A stretch of DNA of 64,000 nucleotides, taken from assembly GCA_034780895.1 (NCBI GenBank), contig JAUZTB010000076.1, positions 47,858,203 to 47,922,202 of the forward strand, given 5' to 3'. Numbering within the stretch: position 1 is the first letter of the stretch; each line of letters begins with the position of its first letter. The translations under genes were made by a program, and so were the position numbers. Under the pieces are notes generated by a model, which worked only from the letters and a program-made list of their open reading frames with translations, was not told the origin of the DNA and ran no database searches. This document shows, piece after piece, positions 11,311-25,090 of this stretch. The stretch is from Rhynchobatus australiae. Lineage: Eukaryota.

Positions 11311-12899
11311 TTGTTCTCCATCTGCTCCTGCAGTTGTGTCCAGCTCTCCATTCGTATAATCCTGGACACTACCGGATGGTACCTGGCCTCTGATCGGTGT
11401 GAGAGCTTGGGCATGGGGTGGAATTCAACAGCAAAGACAGCTTGTGTAGTCAGTCACAGTGGTCCTTAGCTGCATGAATAAAGTGTTATTAAACCAAATA
11501 ATTGTTGCTGAGTCACAAAGAAATATTATTACAGATGATCAAAAGCTAGGCCAGTAGGGTGGGTTTTTGAAGGTACTTTAAAGAATTAAAAGTTTAGGAA
11601 GGGGAATTCCAAAGTTTAGCAGCTGAACAGATGCTGTCCAGTAGTAGAACAATTCAGATCTGGAGCATGATAATAAACCCCTGCTCTCCTGTGTGAGGGT
11701 CTTCATTGGTGCAGTCCACTGTTGCAGTTTTGTATATTTTAGCTGAAGTTTCAGAAATGGATGGACTGGCAAAACTGATGACACCATAATCATCTGAGCC
11801 CTTTGATTGTGCAATAAATAAAAGACTTGCGTTAGGTCACATGTGATCTGATGATGTTCCTAAGTCCACCTTGAAGCAGTGCAGTTGTGAAAATTCATGA
11901 AAATATCAAGAAAGTTTTTGTGGATAGTGGCACGGCAATTATGTTGAAAAATGAGTGGTTTTGAATCTTTGATTCGTGTGTTGCTACTAGGGGGTATGGG
12001 TTTAAAGAGAGAGGGGAAAGATTTAAAAGGGGCAACTTTTTCACNNNNNNNNNNNNNNNNNNNNNNNNNNNNNNNNNNNNNNNNNNNNNNNNNNNNNNNN
12101 NNNNNNNNNNNNNNNNNNNNNNNNNNNNNNNNNNNNNNNNNNNNNNNNNNNNNNNNNNNNNNNNNNNNNNNNNNNNNNNNNNNNNNNNNNNNNNNNNNNN
12201 NNNNNNNNNNNNNNNNNNNNNNNNNNNNNNNNNNNNNNNNNNNNNNNNNNNNNNNNNNNNNNNNNNNNNNNNNNNNNNNNNNNNNNNNNNNNNNNNNNNN
12301 NNNNNNNNNNNNNNNNNNNNNNNNNNNNNNNNNNNNNNNNNNNNNNNNNNNCCAGTGAGGTGGGAGGTGGTGCTCTGACATGCCTTGCCATATTATCCCA
12401 ATATAAGATTTTGAACTTACTTTACATTTCTGTTGTAGTCCATGACATTTAACAATACTTGAAATATATTTGACCATTTTTAGAAGTCTCAATTAAAAAC
12501 AAAGGTAGATAATTCAAACCTTCACAGTCCTTTATCCAAAAGGTCAGTACCCCATTTGTACTTTTACTGTCTTTGGGGATGTTTTGATACAGAGATAACT
12601 TACAGGTAGTACAGACAGTTCAAAATTTGTTCAGGGAGGACAGGCTTCTTGGGAGCAGTATTCTGAGCACCAACTTCTGTGCTGCCTTCCCAGTTCATTG
12701 TTCAATTCAGTCAGGTTTGTGAATCATTACGTTATGGGGGGCTGCAGTGTTTTAATGGAATGGGTAGCTATCTTCATTGGTTCTGTCACTGGACCTGCAG
12801 CATCTAATGATGTGGCCACAGGCAAGTCCTCCAGACCACCCAGACCATGGAAAGGTACTGTAGGAGGTGCCTATGAGTTGCAGTCTTCATGATTTCCAT

Positions 12900-13460
12900 C
12901 CCTTTCACAGATAACAGACAATGTTTTGTGCTTCTTTTGCAAAATCCTTTCATATTTTAATTCCTGTGCCATGAANNNNNNNNNNACTTCACTAGCACTA
13001 GTGACAAGGGATTCTAAAGGGCCCTGCTGGTCAGTCTGTTGTCACTGAATTGAGAGAATCTCAGACTTAGCACTTTCCTGTTCTGACCCAGTACCAGGAG
13101 AGACAAGTGTGTAGCTACCAGTACAGCATCCGATGTTGAGTGTTTAATCATTGTGCTTCTTGTTAATGATCCCAAATGAAACCAGTTGATTGTACTTAAT
13201 GATTTCCTCTGGGTGTGCCAAGAAGTCCTCATGAGTACAGCTGTTGCTGATAAAACTATCTTTCTTTTGGCTTTCATATTGTCAGAAACATTGAGACTGT
13301 TTGGCAGCTTCGGCAAATCCTTTTCAGGGCAAGGAAGTGATGCATTCTCCATTGATTTGTCGTCGCTTCATTGCTGCCTGGGAAATCTGTCTTTTTTTGG
13401 AAGCAGCTTGCCTGGCTTGGTCAGCTTAATGCAAGCTGGTTGTAGTTTTTGCTCTAGATG
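12900..13460 (-). mobile_element. Decayed RTE-clade LINE RT C-terminal fragment
   Basis: ORF 13014-13352 ...RKIVLSATAVLMRTSWHTQRKSLSTINWFHLGSL...SDNRLTSRAL resembles RTE TK..VY.AVVL..ETW...LN.FHL.CL...M.D.RLPK. Confidence 0.5.
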
Positions 13461-13809
13461 TTGGTCAGGGTTAGCGGAAGTGACTGTAGGTGGCAGTAAG
13501 TCACAAAGTACCTAAAGTGCAAGTACCCCACCTATTTCTCCACTTATTCACCTCTGCTTGATTGAGAAGCCCATGAGTGGAACCTCCAAATTTCTGTACA
13601 GTAAGGTGTGGCTGAACACTATAGAGGGGTCTCCCTTTGTCTCCACCTGCTAACAACATTCTGCCACTCCCTGCCATCCTCTGGGCTTGCTCCTCTTTCA
13701 ACATTTCCATTGGAGGGCCCACATAGTGGAGGCTCTCCTGACGGTTATCCAGTCCTACTTGGAGAGGTGTCAGCTGCCCTCCTCCTCCTCTACATTCCTG
13801 GGCNNNNNN

Positions 13810-14400
13810 NNNNCAGTGATGCGGGGGCCAAGTCATTATGGGGGGAGATAGAGGGCAGGGGGTACAGTCCTGGGCATAAGCAGTGCAGAATCTGGAATTT
13901 CATTTTGAGGACCTTGATGGTACTCTCCACTGGGCTTCTGGTAGCTACTGTTACAAAACCCCTCTGCTGCACTAGCCAAAGCCTGGATATGAAACCTTCA
14001 GTTGGAGTAGGTGAGGGGGTTCTACTCCTTATCTCCCAAAATCTAGTCCTCCAATTGGAGAAGCAGCTGAGAACTTTCTCCTTCAGATCAAATGCAAGTA
14101 AATGCTCAGAGACCAACAGTATTTGCAATACATGTGGTGCCCAGATTCCCACATGAGTACAGTTTACCCTAAAATTGAAACCAGCCATGCTGATCCATGC
14201 TCCGTGTGTCTGAATGTCTTGAAAATAAGGTATCTTGTCTTTGTGTAGAAAGAATCAGTGACTCCTCTAATGTCGTGCTGTGCAGCAAACAGGATTTCTG
14301 GCATAGATTGCTGCTCCTAGAATGATCAGTCTTGGGAGGTGGTGTGCTTATAATCTCTACTGGCAGCATCATCCAGGTACAGGCTCCAGGCTGGAGCTAA
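13810..14400 (-). mobile_element. Decayed PIF/Harbinger (HARBI1-like) DDE transposase
   Basis: Collinear motifs LPVEI, DIRGVTDSFYTKTRYLIF, AGFNFRVNCTHVGIWAP (cf. AGFP.V.GAIDCTH.AI.AP) and ATRSPVESTIKVLKMKFQIL (cf. TR..IE.TIG.LK.RFRCL); frameshifts and an internal deletion. Confidence 0.75.
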
Positions 14401-17400
14401 GTGGGTTCCATCATCATTGACTTAGAAATCCCTCGAGTTCAGGGGCCTTTTGGAAGGATGACTGTGCCTCTTGGGGGATGAGTCCATCCTCCTTCAAGGT
14501 CCATGGGCTAGTGTGCCCCATCTCAGATGCCTGTTCTGTAGCTCTAGCTTGGGTAATGCTCCAATGGCAAAGCAATTAGAACTAGGTAAACACAGACACT
14601 GGTCACGGTCATCTCCTGAACCTCTGGACATTCCCAACTCCATTGTATACTACTTCTGGAAGAGCTGTGTTGTATTCCTTGAACAATGCAAGTTTTTCAG
14701 AATAACTGTTTCTAGAATTCACCACTTAAAAAGGTTGAATTTGAATAGCATGGCGCTCAAAAAAGCAGTGCAATGCAATTCAATTTCTACTCCAATCTGT
14801 TTTTGCGCTCAATGAATTTGACACAAAGGAGATCGAATCCAATGGACATACCAAAATAAATCTAGGGAAGTTAGATAATTCACAAATTGGAACAGAATTC
14901 GAAACTATTAATTCTGAAGACAAACTATGAGCTCATAGATTAGCTACAATATGCTTTTGAGGTGCACAGTGATAAAGAAAACTGAATATGGATTTTAAGG
15001 AGCAAATTGTAATAAGGCCCATAAGATTCATTTGAATAATTTGGTCCTTTATTCTGCATTGGATATTTCGTTGCAAGCTCCTGCCTCTTATCACATGGCA
15101 TGATGAGGGCAGCAATTGCCTTTGAACTCCATGGGAATACCTGCATCACATAAACTGCAACTGTTTAAGAAGGCAGCAGGCCACACCTTCACAAGGGCAT
15201 TTAGAAATCAACAATAAATATGGTCCTTGCTGGCAGTGTCTACATCCTGTAAATGAATAAAGTTATGTAATGTGGAAGATCTCTGAATGCTGAAGAGATT
15301 CTTAATATTTCATAACCAAATTGTCAGACATTTGGATTGGTGTGTCAGCTGTGATGTCTTCTTCCAAGAATTACATATGGGATGCTGGTCTCTAATTCTG
15401 AGAGAGAAATCATATTTACTGTTGGCTTATTTATAGGATGAAATAATTTGTGAGTAAATAGCAATCCTGATATAACTACAGTATGTTTACATTCAGGTCC
15501 TGTGTTCCAGAATACAGAAGTAATTATACTGTGGTTTTAAGGCAAGTGAATAAATTGTAAAAGGAAATTAACATTTTGTTTAATTGAAGCAGCTACAATT
15601 AATGAGCACAAAACGCACAGTCATAAGATACTAAACATTGCAAAAACAATAAGCAGTAATTGATTTCAAGAGATGATTAATTAGCGCTCTCTTCTCACCA
15701 TTACCTCCTGCAATGTATGAGGTGTGCAGATTTCTTAGCAGCTAGTCAGCAACTTGAATGGTTCTGGGAAGCTGCCTACTTCCCAATACCTACCACCAGA
15801 TGGTGACATCGCCTTATTACTTTGCCTCATTGCACTGCTGTGGTTTTTCTGAAATGAGCTCTCCTCAAGGGTTAGATTATAATTTTTATTTTGGAGTTTT
15901 GAATTGTGACATTGCTTTTTTTTTCCATCGTATGGAAGTTTTTAAAGTTGAGTAAAGAATGATAGGCTTAGATCATTGGAAAGGCAATTAAATGGTTACT
16001 TGCCTTCTGCCAATGGTGTTGGCAATGTAACTTGAGGTAATGCTGTTTTTGACAGTAGTAGGACAAGTTATTTACTGCAAGTATATTAAACATTTGTCTG
16101 GTAATGTGGCAGAGATAATTTCTATCCTGTAGATATTTGTGTGCTGTGTTCTGCAAAATCAAATTAGATGTAAAATTCAGGTGCTCTTATTCAGGGTGTA
16201 AATCATCTGTAAGTTCTTACCAATACTACTTATAATTTATAGTGGAACTTAGCTGTTCAGTAATAAACATTGAGGCTTTGAACAATAAAATAATTTATTT
16301 GCTAACTTTAGCAAGATCACCTAACAAATGTCTGTGACCTTCCTAATTGTTGCAGAACCCATTAGCAGTACTTCGTGGATAGTATATGTGTTGAAGAGGT
16401 TAATGGATACCTGGAGATGAATTACTACAAAGCAGTAATCCAGTTTGAGGGCAGGTCATGATTGCTCTCTGGAACACCCAGATTGGATTACTGAGCTTCA
16501 TTTCACTTCGATAGATCTGTTAACATTTACTCGACAAGAATTTCTTGCCATTTTGTTGTTACTTTCTTCATTACCTGAATCTCAGACTATTGCTGTATGT
16601 GTCCATGGAACATTATTCTGCGTTCTTTGTCAGGTTAAGAGGCACAACTGGCAATGTTGCTCATTTATAATCTGAACATTCACATCTAATGCAGCATTTT
16701 TAAGGTTATTTCCTTGTTCATTTCCCTTCCTAGTTTGTTCAGATTTTCAAATATGCTTTTCATTCATTTCTATTTAAAATAAATTATTTATTGCCATACT
16801 TTAAAAATGTACATATTTTCCGAGTGAAATTTTAGCCTTCACTTTGGGAGATTAAGATATTGTTGCCATTTACTTGAAGATCATAACAGTGAAGAACAAC
16901 ATTCTTTTAAAAGGTTCCTGTTGGAATCCTATCTTTTTCAGCATTTATTTTCAGCTGATTTGGGTGGGATATGGTTAAACCTGCCCAATAATTAAGAACA
17001 AGTGTTGATAAAACAGGCAATGTATCATCACTGAATAGCACAAGGAGTGGAGTAGTCATGGATTGTGTATTTTTGCTTTCAGAGGAACATACAGAGAATC
17101 TCCTGAAAGATCAAGGNNNNNNNNNNNNNNNNNNNNNNNNNNNNNNNNNNNNNNNNNNNNNNNNNNNNNNNNNNNNNNNNNNNNNNNNNNNNNNNNNNNN
17201 NNNNNNNNNNNNNNNNATCAAGGATGTTTTGTGAGCTCATAATTCCCCTTATTAAAACTGAAAGAATTTGACTTTGAAATAGCTTTGTCCTTTTCCCCAA
17301 ATTGAATGCATCATTAAAAGACTGTGAGGTTTTGTTTGTTGCATTTCTGTTTGCGGATGCAATGGAGCTGAGCATCTAATATAACTCACTTTTGAGAAAT

Positions 17401-18559
17401 TGTCACATACCTTTCTGTAACTTTGAACAAAAGAACTAACGGTAAATGTCAAAGTGTGACTTCCATGAAACTAATTAGACATTTTGAGCTCTGCAATAAA
17501 CTCTCAAAAACAATTTTCTGATTTGGATTGAAAGCAATTCTTGCAAACTTTTGCTTTATCAAAGTATCCTTGTGAATCTATCCACAAGGGCCACTTCATA
17601 TTTGATCAGACCTCGTATTTAGTTGAAACTCTGTTTGGCTTTATGTTATTTTGGAAACTTTGGATATTAAAAATTGGTACTACTGATTCCTCTTTAGTAA
17701 TCATGACCTCTTAGCATGTGGCATTCCAAATTGGAATTGATGTTGGTGGAAAAGCAGTTGAATTTTATCCTTGTATACAGGATTTTTAAATTTGTGTTGC
17801 TCACTAACGCATTTGTATGCATTAGATCATTTCCTGCTCAATCGTTTTTTTAAATCCATTACAAGCTTGTCAAAAAATTATAATTCCAGACTTTGAAAGA
17901 GAAAATGGCCGATGTAGGTATAATGTTGTTTTATAGTAAGAATCAACCCATTTTGTATTTAATGATATGGTATTCCAACAAAGCTCGGTATATGCCAAAA
18001 ACACAATTTCAGCTGCACCTTGCTACATGCTGAATACTGAACTTGTTTTCAGTTTTAGATCCCATTGAATGACTAAACTGTTTACTCTTCTCTCATGTCT
18101 CTAACTTCCTGTTCAATGAATGCCATTTTCATTCTCCATGGTTATATATACCTTCCTGTCTGGTTTGCAGACATACTGTATACTGTCTTGCACTGAGAAT
18201 TGCAAAAAGCACCATATAATTGGAAGACTATTTTTCTTAATGCCAGATCTTTCCTTTTTCCTGTAATTGTGGAAATTCTACTATTTTCTTAATTAACTGT
18301 AGTGATCCTGTAAAACTGGTGAACTAATAAAACAAATGTCTTGGCTAAGTGGAATAAATAGCACAAAATGCTGCTGCACACAGTGCTACAAGAATATTTT
18401 GTGTTGTCAATAACACAGTATGAACAAGTATAACGAGCTTCTATGATTTAATTGAACTTGTCATGAAAGAGCAAACTTTTCACAGTCTCAAAATATCCCA
18501 AAACCAATGAAGAAAGTAAAGGGCCATTCATGTACAGCAAAAACTAAATAATTATTGTG

Positions 18560-18760
18560 AGTTTGCTGATGGATGAGTATTATCCAGGACACAAGGGAGA
18601 AGACCATCGCTCCTCCTTGAAATAATGCCACAGAATCCTTTGCATTTCTCCAGTAACGCAGATGGGGCGTTGCTTTTTGCATTCCATTTGTAAGATGATG
18701 CTCAGACAATGCAGCAATCCCTCTGTGTTGCACTGGAATAGCAGCCTAGATTTTTGAAAT
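18560..18760 (-). mobile_element. Deu-domain SINE remnant
   Basis: tccaggacacaagggagaa...gaaataatgccacagaatc...cagacaatgcagcaatccctctgtgttgcactggaat. Confidence 0.65.
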
Positions 18761-19569
18761 GTTTTTGTAAAATGCTCTTTGAGGTTAACAAAAAACATTA
18801 ATTTGAAATGCATTGCCTCAAAGTGGTGACTGTTCTCTTGCTTGGAAGCAAATCACTATTAAGAAATAAATACTTTGGGGTACCATTGGAAAGCAAATTT
18901 TTGGTCAGAAATCATTGCATGTACATTGTGGAATAAATTCACAGACCAAGTGGAACATTGTCCAGAAAACAGGCATTGCAACATAGTGGATCCAATCNNN
19001 NNNNNNNNNNNNNNNNNNNNNNNNNNNNNNNNNNNNNNNNNNNNNNNNNNNNNNNNNNNNNNNNNNNNNNNNNNNNNNNNNNNNNNNNNNNNNNNNNNNN
19101 NNNNNNNNNNNNNNNNNNNNNNNNNNNNNNNNNNNNNNNNNNNNNNNNNNNNNNNNNNNNNNNNNNNNNNNNNNNNNNNNNNNNNNNNNNNNNNNNNNNN
19201 NNNNNNNNNNNNNNNNNNNNNNNNNNNNNNNNNNNNNNNNNNNNNNNNNNNNNNNNNNNNNNNNNNNNNNNNNNNNNNNNNNNNNNNNNNNNNNNNNNNN
19301 NNNAGGTCCTAGTCCATTTTGCCTGCCTAATTGCCATATCATTCCTTAGTATTTGATCTTTTGAGTTTTGAATGTAGGCATGTGGATGCTCAGTAATCAG
19401 CTGTAAGATGGATGAAGCTAGGAACTAAAACCATCTGCATAAGAAATTCCATCTTTACTTAGTCCTAAATGGCTCGTCCCTGATCCTGTGCTTTTCTTCC
19501 TAGACTCTGCAGCTAAAGCAAACAATTTCTCTGAAAATACTGTTTCAGTCATATACTCTCATTATTCCT

Positions 19570-20450
19570 AGTGTTCCAAGCATAGCAACAGGCCCTTCGC
19601 GCCCCCCCCCCCCATATCTATGCCAACCATCACGTACCTATCCAAATGAATCTCATTTACTATGACTTGGTCTGTAGCAAATATGCTTTGGTGATTCAGA
19701 TACTCGTCCAGGTGCTGCTTAAATGTTGTGAGATTACCTGTTTCTGTCCTTATCGGGCAGTGCATTCCAGCTTTCAACTATTTCCTCAGATCCCTTAATC
19801 TATTGCTCCTCACCTTGAACCTATGACCTCTGCTCTTAGAAACCTCTGCTGTGCAAGAAAGGGTTTCTTACTATCTACCCAATCTGCCTTTCATAATTTT
19901 GTATACCTCAACTTCCCCCTGAGTCTCCGCTGCTCCAAGGAAAACACACCCAGTTTATCAAGTGAATATCCTCTGCACCCTCTCCAGTGCAATTGTCTGC
20001 CTCTGAACTCTATAAGACCAATCTTCTTCACTCTGTCTTTAAAGGATTGTTCCCTCATCCCTGGATATGTTCAGTAAAACTATAGTGCACCAAATCCAAG
20101 GCAAGTAAAGTCTTATGTAGATATGTGGGTCAAAATTGCATACATAGTGTCAACGAGGGGGAAAAAAAAGCCAATTTTAATCTCAGTAGGACTTCTTGGT
20201 TTATGTATTCTAATCATGACAATAAAGGCTAATATGCCATTTCCCTTCCTAATTGCTTGTTGAACCTGCATCTTCTGAGCCAACACATCAATATCCCTCT
20301 GTAACATTTGGTCATTATTCAATGTTTTAAACAGTGTTCTGTTTTTACATTCTTTCTTCCAATAAGAAAATACTCACATTTTCCCCACATTACACCTATC
20401 TGCTTCTTTCTTCCCCACTCACGTAGCCTATCTATATCACTGCATTCTCA
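19570..20450 (-). mobile_element. CR1-like LINE fragments
   Basis: acaggcccttcg tail; reverse ORFs TTFKQHLDEYLN and QMLQRDID...MQVQQAIRKGNGILAFI. Confidence 0.8.
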
Positions 20451-20539
20451 CAGCTCGTGCTGGTTAGTTACTTGAATTTTCATTTCCCGATTGTCCCAGA
20501 AGGACGTGAACTCGTGTCTCTGTGCAAGCACCTGGAAGC

Positions 20540-20730
20540 CTGGATCGGAGATGTGGGTCAAGTCCTACGGCAACAGCTGGGAAATCAAATTTGAGTAATT
20601 AAATAAAAATGTAAAGCTATTGTCGGTAATCCCGAAGTGACAGGTTTGTTGTCATATCTAAGACTGATATCCTTCAGGGCAGGAAGTGTGCCATCCTTAC
20701 ATGTGGTTGACTATTAACTGCCTCAAGATA
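20540..20730 (+). mobile_element. LF-SINE-like tRNA-derived SINE remnant
   Basis: gggtcaagtcc box-B-like head, then ccttcagggcaggaagtgtgccatccttac...tgtggttgactattaactgcc; related to the copy at 53495. Confidence 0.5.
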
Positions 20731-21639
20731 TGCTGATGTAGATCNNNNNNNNNNNNNNNNNNNNNNNNNNNNNNNNNNNNNNNNNNNNNNNNNNNNNNNN
20801 NNNNNNNNNNNNNNNNNNNNNNNNNNNNNNNNNNNNNNNNNNNNNNNNNNNNNNNNNNNNNNNNNNNNNNNNAATATGGAACTTTGTGGCATCACATGGC
20901 TGAGAGTCTGCCCACAGAGAAATGACCCCTACTGTAACACTATTCTGCATTCTGTTATTGCTTTTCCTTTTATATTACCTCGATGTACTTATGAATGGAA
21001 TGATCTGTCTGGATGGCATGCAAAACAAAGCCCGGTACATGTGACAATAATAAACCAATTAGCAATTTATTCCTATGCTCTGTCCTCCATGCTCTTACCT
21101 TATTTGCACCCCATGAGCCCTTATTTTATGTAATAAATCCTTGCTGCGATGTTTTACGCAGCTCAATGCAGTGTTAGTCCTGTAAGTAATTGAGGGGAAC
21201 TGAAGGTAGGGAATCAAATAGTGAGGAAAATAGGCTTTAATATGACTTGCTACTTTTGGGCTGAGAGCTTGCGAATGAGGGACCAGAATGATGATGGCAG
21301 AAAAATTAACTTAAGGGAGAATCTTTATTTTCAGTAGGAGTGTTCAGGACATCCTCTGTCCTGCATCACAAAGCCACGTGAATGTGGAGCAGTAATGCAC
21401 CTTGATATGATTTTAGAAAAAAAATTAAACCTTCAAGGTATTATCCCTCGAATAAAATCTTGATCAGTAAACAACGGTAGTCATTTGGGTACTTTGACTA
21501 GCTGAGCTTAGAGCACCCATGCGGCACATTAAAGGCTACTGTGTGTGATCTGGTCGGTGACTTTGCTTGATTATGTGTGATTAATGGACATTGTGTTAAA
21601 TGTGGAAATTTGAGAACAAGTTTATCCCCTTCTCAGCTG

Positions 21640-22300
21640 TCACAGCTGTGTCTCCTCAGCCCGAAAGGCTTCCTTGTCCCACTCCCTACTGCTGCTAACG
21701 TACCCTCTTCCATCTGGAATTTCTGGAAGTTGATTATTTAGATGCCAAGATCCCACCATAGGAGCAGCTGGCTTGAGGAAACTCGGTAATGCTTCTTCAA
21801 CCATGACATTAGAAATTTTACCTTTTGAGTTTCCTGTGGTGAAAGTGGGATTGTGTATTTTTAGAACAAAGAGATGAGCAGCATGCCGCACGTTCTCCAG
21901 ACAGATGCCTCCTTCAGTATACATTTCCACTTTATTCTTTGGTAATCTGATGAATGGAGAGTGCACTTGTGACCAAAGTTATCGGGCCAGATGCTGTGAA
22001 AACAGCGAGCGTCATGCTGGCTGAGACATTTGTCCCAGTGACAATTGTATAAGTGGCACAGAATCCCCGAATAGTTTCTGTGTTGCTTGTTTTGCTGAGT
22101 ATAGCCTCCTTCTATTCTAAAGCAGTGATTGTGGCCTCTGACTGGAAATCTCACTTGGACAGTACCTGCCAAATTTAGATACACCAATTGGTCCTCGAGT
22201 GTCCCAGTAGCTCAGAAAGCACGTACGCCACTTGTTGTAGAACTGAGCCAGGTGGACTGAGTAAAGACCTAAACTTGAGACCCAGTTGAAGACCAAACTA
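21640..22300 (-). mobile_element. Highly decayed RTE-like LINE fragment
   Basis: Reverse ORF ...KGKISNVMVEEALPSFL...PEIPDGR weakly resembles W.DKISN.EVL..A.LPS...DGR.PK. Confidence 0.35.
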
Positions 22301-22529
22301 TTGTAGTAATGAAGGAAATGGAACCTAGTAGAAGAGGTTGAATGAGAGTGGAAATGGTGAGGGCCAATAGTAGAGATGTTGGTAATGAAGCTTGCAGTCT
22401 TCAAATGTGTAAAAACAAAATTATGCCAACTCAGTTCTGCGGACACTATACAAAAGGCAAGATCGGTGTTTTTGAAAGCCTTCAAGTTTTTGTAATCTAT
22501 AGGGTAAGACTAAACAATGTGTTAAGAAC

Positions 22530-23620
22530 TTAACAGAAATGCTGGAAACATTCAACCCATCGGGCAGCATTGTGGAAAGGGAAACAGAGTTGAACTTCCA
22601 GGTGAAAAATCCTTTGTCACCATGTTAAAGGGAGAAAACAAATTACCGTTAAATTTGGAAATTGAGGTNNNNNNNNNNGTTCCTCAAGCTTCCGTTGGGC
22701 CTTGTTATAATAGTACAGGAGGCTGCAGGCAGGTAAGAATGAAATGGAGGATTAAAGTGACAGGAAACAGAGAACTCCTGCAGTCTGAATGCAGGTGCTC
22801 CCTTAAACAATCCAATCTACGTTTGGTTTTTCTAACATTGAGGAGACCACATTTTAATTCTCCTTCTCATTCTCTGACTCTGTGCAGTACATTAGGTTGG
22901 GAAAACTGCAAATGAATCACTGCTCTTCTTGGAACGACTGTGTGGGTCCTCGGATGAGAGGAAGAAAGCAGATTCAAGGGCAGGGATGGCACNNNNNNNN
23001 NNNNNNNNNNNNNNNNNNNNNNNNNNNNNNNNNNNNNNNNNNNNNNNNNNNNNNNNNNNNNNNNNNNNNNNNNNNNNNNNNNNNNNNNNNNNGGTATGGC
23101 ACCTTCTGATGTTACCTGAGAAGGTGCTGTAGTAAGGATGTTATTGTTAGGGACAGAAGAGTGGACCAGGGAATTGCAAATGGAATGGTTCAGATGACTT
23201 CTTCAACTTCCTCCCATGGCCATCACCCTATCACAGATAATTTCTTTGTTCCATCCATCTTCACTGCACCTTAAAAGTAGCATGTTTTCTTTCTTGAGAC
23301 AAGAGACTGCAGATGCTAAAATCTGGAGCAACAATATGCTGGAGGAACTCAGTGGGTTGAGCAGCATCTGCGTGGGGGGGGAAGGGGTCAGGAATTTCTG
23401 ATGCAGGGGTTTGATCTGAAATGTCAACAATATTTTTCCTCCCACAGATGCTGCTTGACCTGCTGAGTTCCTTCAGCAGATTGTTTGTTGCTATGTTTTC
23501 TTTCTTTTCACATTCTAATGAAGAGTCATCAACTTGAAAAGTTAGCTCTGTTTTTCTTGCCACAGATGCTGCCTGACCTGCTGAGTATTTCCAGCACTTT
23601 CAGTTTTACTTCAGATTTCC
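22530..23620. mobile_element. Cluster of Penelope-like fragments and palindromic terminal pieces
   Basis: Reverse GIY-YIG remnant at 22680-23000; repeated terminal motif cagatgctgc(c/t)tgacctgctgagt in both orientations. Confidence 0.75.
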
Positions 23621-24779
23621 TGAATCTGAAGTTTTATATTAAGATCTTTACCATCATTGCTTTTGATAGACCAACTCGACCAACTTCTTTGTAACTTCTG
23701 CATAATTTATCACCAGGAGCTTTCTAAAGAACTGAGACACCATAAATAAATTTACGAAGGAATTTCAATTCTGAAGGTTTGATCCTTGAGAGGAAAGTTT
23801 CCAGATCCTTCTTTTTAAGGTTTCGTCTCCAAATTATTTTCCTTNNNNNNNNNNNNNNNNNNNNNNNNNNNNNNNNNNNNNNNNNNNNNNNNNNNNNNNN
23901 NNNNNNNNNNNNNNNNNNNNNNNNNNNNNNNNNNNNNNNNNNNNNNNNNNNNNNNNNNNNNNNNNNNNNNNNNNNNNNNNNNNNNNNNNNNNNNNNNNNN
24001 NNNNNNNNNNNNNNNNNNNNNNNNNNNNNNNNNNNNNNNNNNNNNNNNNNNNNNNNNNNNNNNNNNNNNNNNNNNNNNNNNNNNNNNNNNNNNNNNNNNN
24101 NNNNNNNNNNNNNNNNNNNNNNNNNNNNNNNNNNNNNNNNNNNNNNNNNNNNNNNNNNNNNNNNNNNNNNNNNNNNNNNNNNNNNNNNNNNNNNNNNNNN
24201 NNNNNNNNNNGAAAGATGTTGGCCCATTCTGTTATTTGTAAAGATGTTAGTCCTATCACCTTGAATAGGCATGATACACTGAAATGTATTGGAACTTTAC
24301 TTTTCTTGTACATTTTTATCCCTGAGTAGAATTAGAAAAATGCAAAGAAACGTAGATCACTTCTCAAGGCAGCACAGATGTCAAATTCGATTCACAGAAT
24401 TATTCCTTTGTTTAATCTGTGTTAGATGTGGTATTAGCTCCTGTAGAATTCAGCTCATGTTCAACAACACATTCATGGAATTGCATAGAAATTCCAATGC
24501 AGAAAAAAAACCAGTCAGACAACCGCATTGGTGTTTGAACTTCTCATAAGCATTAATCTGAGTGTCAGTTCTGTTCCCATATCCGTTTATTTCCTTTTTG
24601 CTTTAGCTGGATATTCAAACAATTCTTTAGATATCAGCATGGTCTCTGCTTAACTCGCTTATTCAGCTAATCTATTCTGCAGCATTGCAACCCTTTTTGT
24701 ATATAAAAAAAATAAGTAAATTGATCTCTCATAGGCTCCTTGCATAATTTTTATCCATTTGCAGATTGAGGACATTGTT

Positions 24780-25090
24780 TGCAGGACCAGCATTTTACTG
24801 CATGACCCTTGTTGTCCTTGAAAGTGAGGCCGAGCTATCATCTTGAACTGTTTCAGCTGGTCAGATGAAAACACTTCCATAAAATATCTGGGTCGGCATT
24901 TCCAGGACTTGCACGCAGAGTTAGTGATAAAATGACTATATGCTTGCAAGTCAGGATGCCAAATGACTCAGTGGAGCATGAGGAAGACAGTGGGTAATTT
25001 GGAAAGTGGAAAAGCTACAGGTTGTGGTGTTTCCATGAATCTTTTGCCGTTGGGTTTGCCAAAGTAGCATTATGAAGTGACCGTAAGTCA
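24780..25090 (-). mobile_element. CR1-like LINE 3' end (agggcaattagg-tail family)
   Basis: cagcattttactgcatgaccct...tcttgaactg; related to + copies near 15100-15260 and 35330-35700. Confidence 0.55.

Noticed and set aside
13608-14156. 182-aa + strand ORF
   Set aside because: Antisense to the decayed Harbinger transposase, spans a gap and has no recognisable domain
22547-22560. AACATTCAAC resembling the 5' end of miR-181
   Set aside because: The match ends after about 10 nt, there is no pre-miRNA hairpin, and it sits within a decayed Penelope terminal repeat
23446-23600. Recurrent cagatgctgc.tgacctgctgagt motif as a CRISPR-like repeat
   Set aside because: Eukaryotic DNA, dispersed and in both orientations, no regular spacers; explained by Penelope termini
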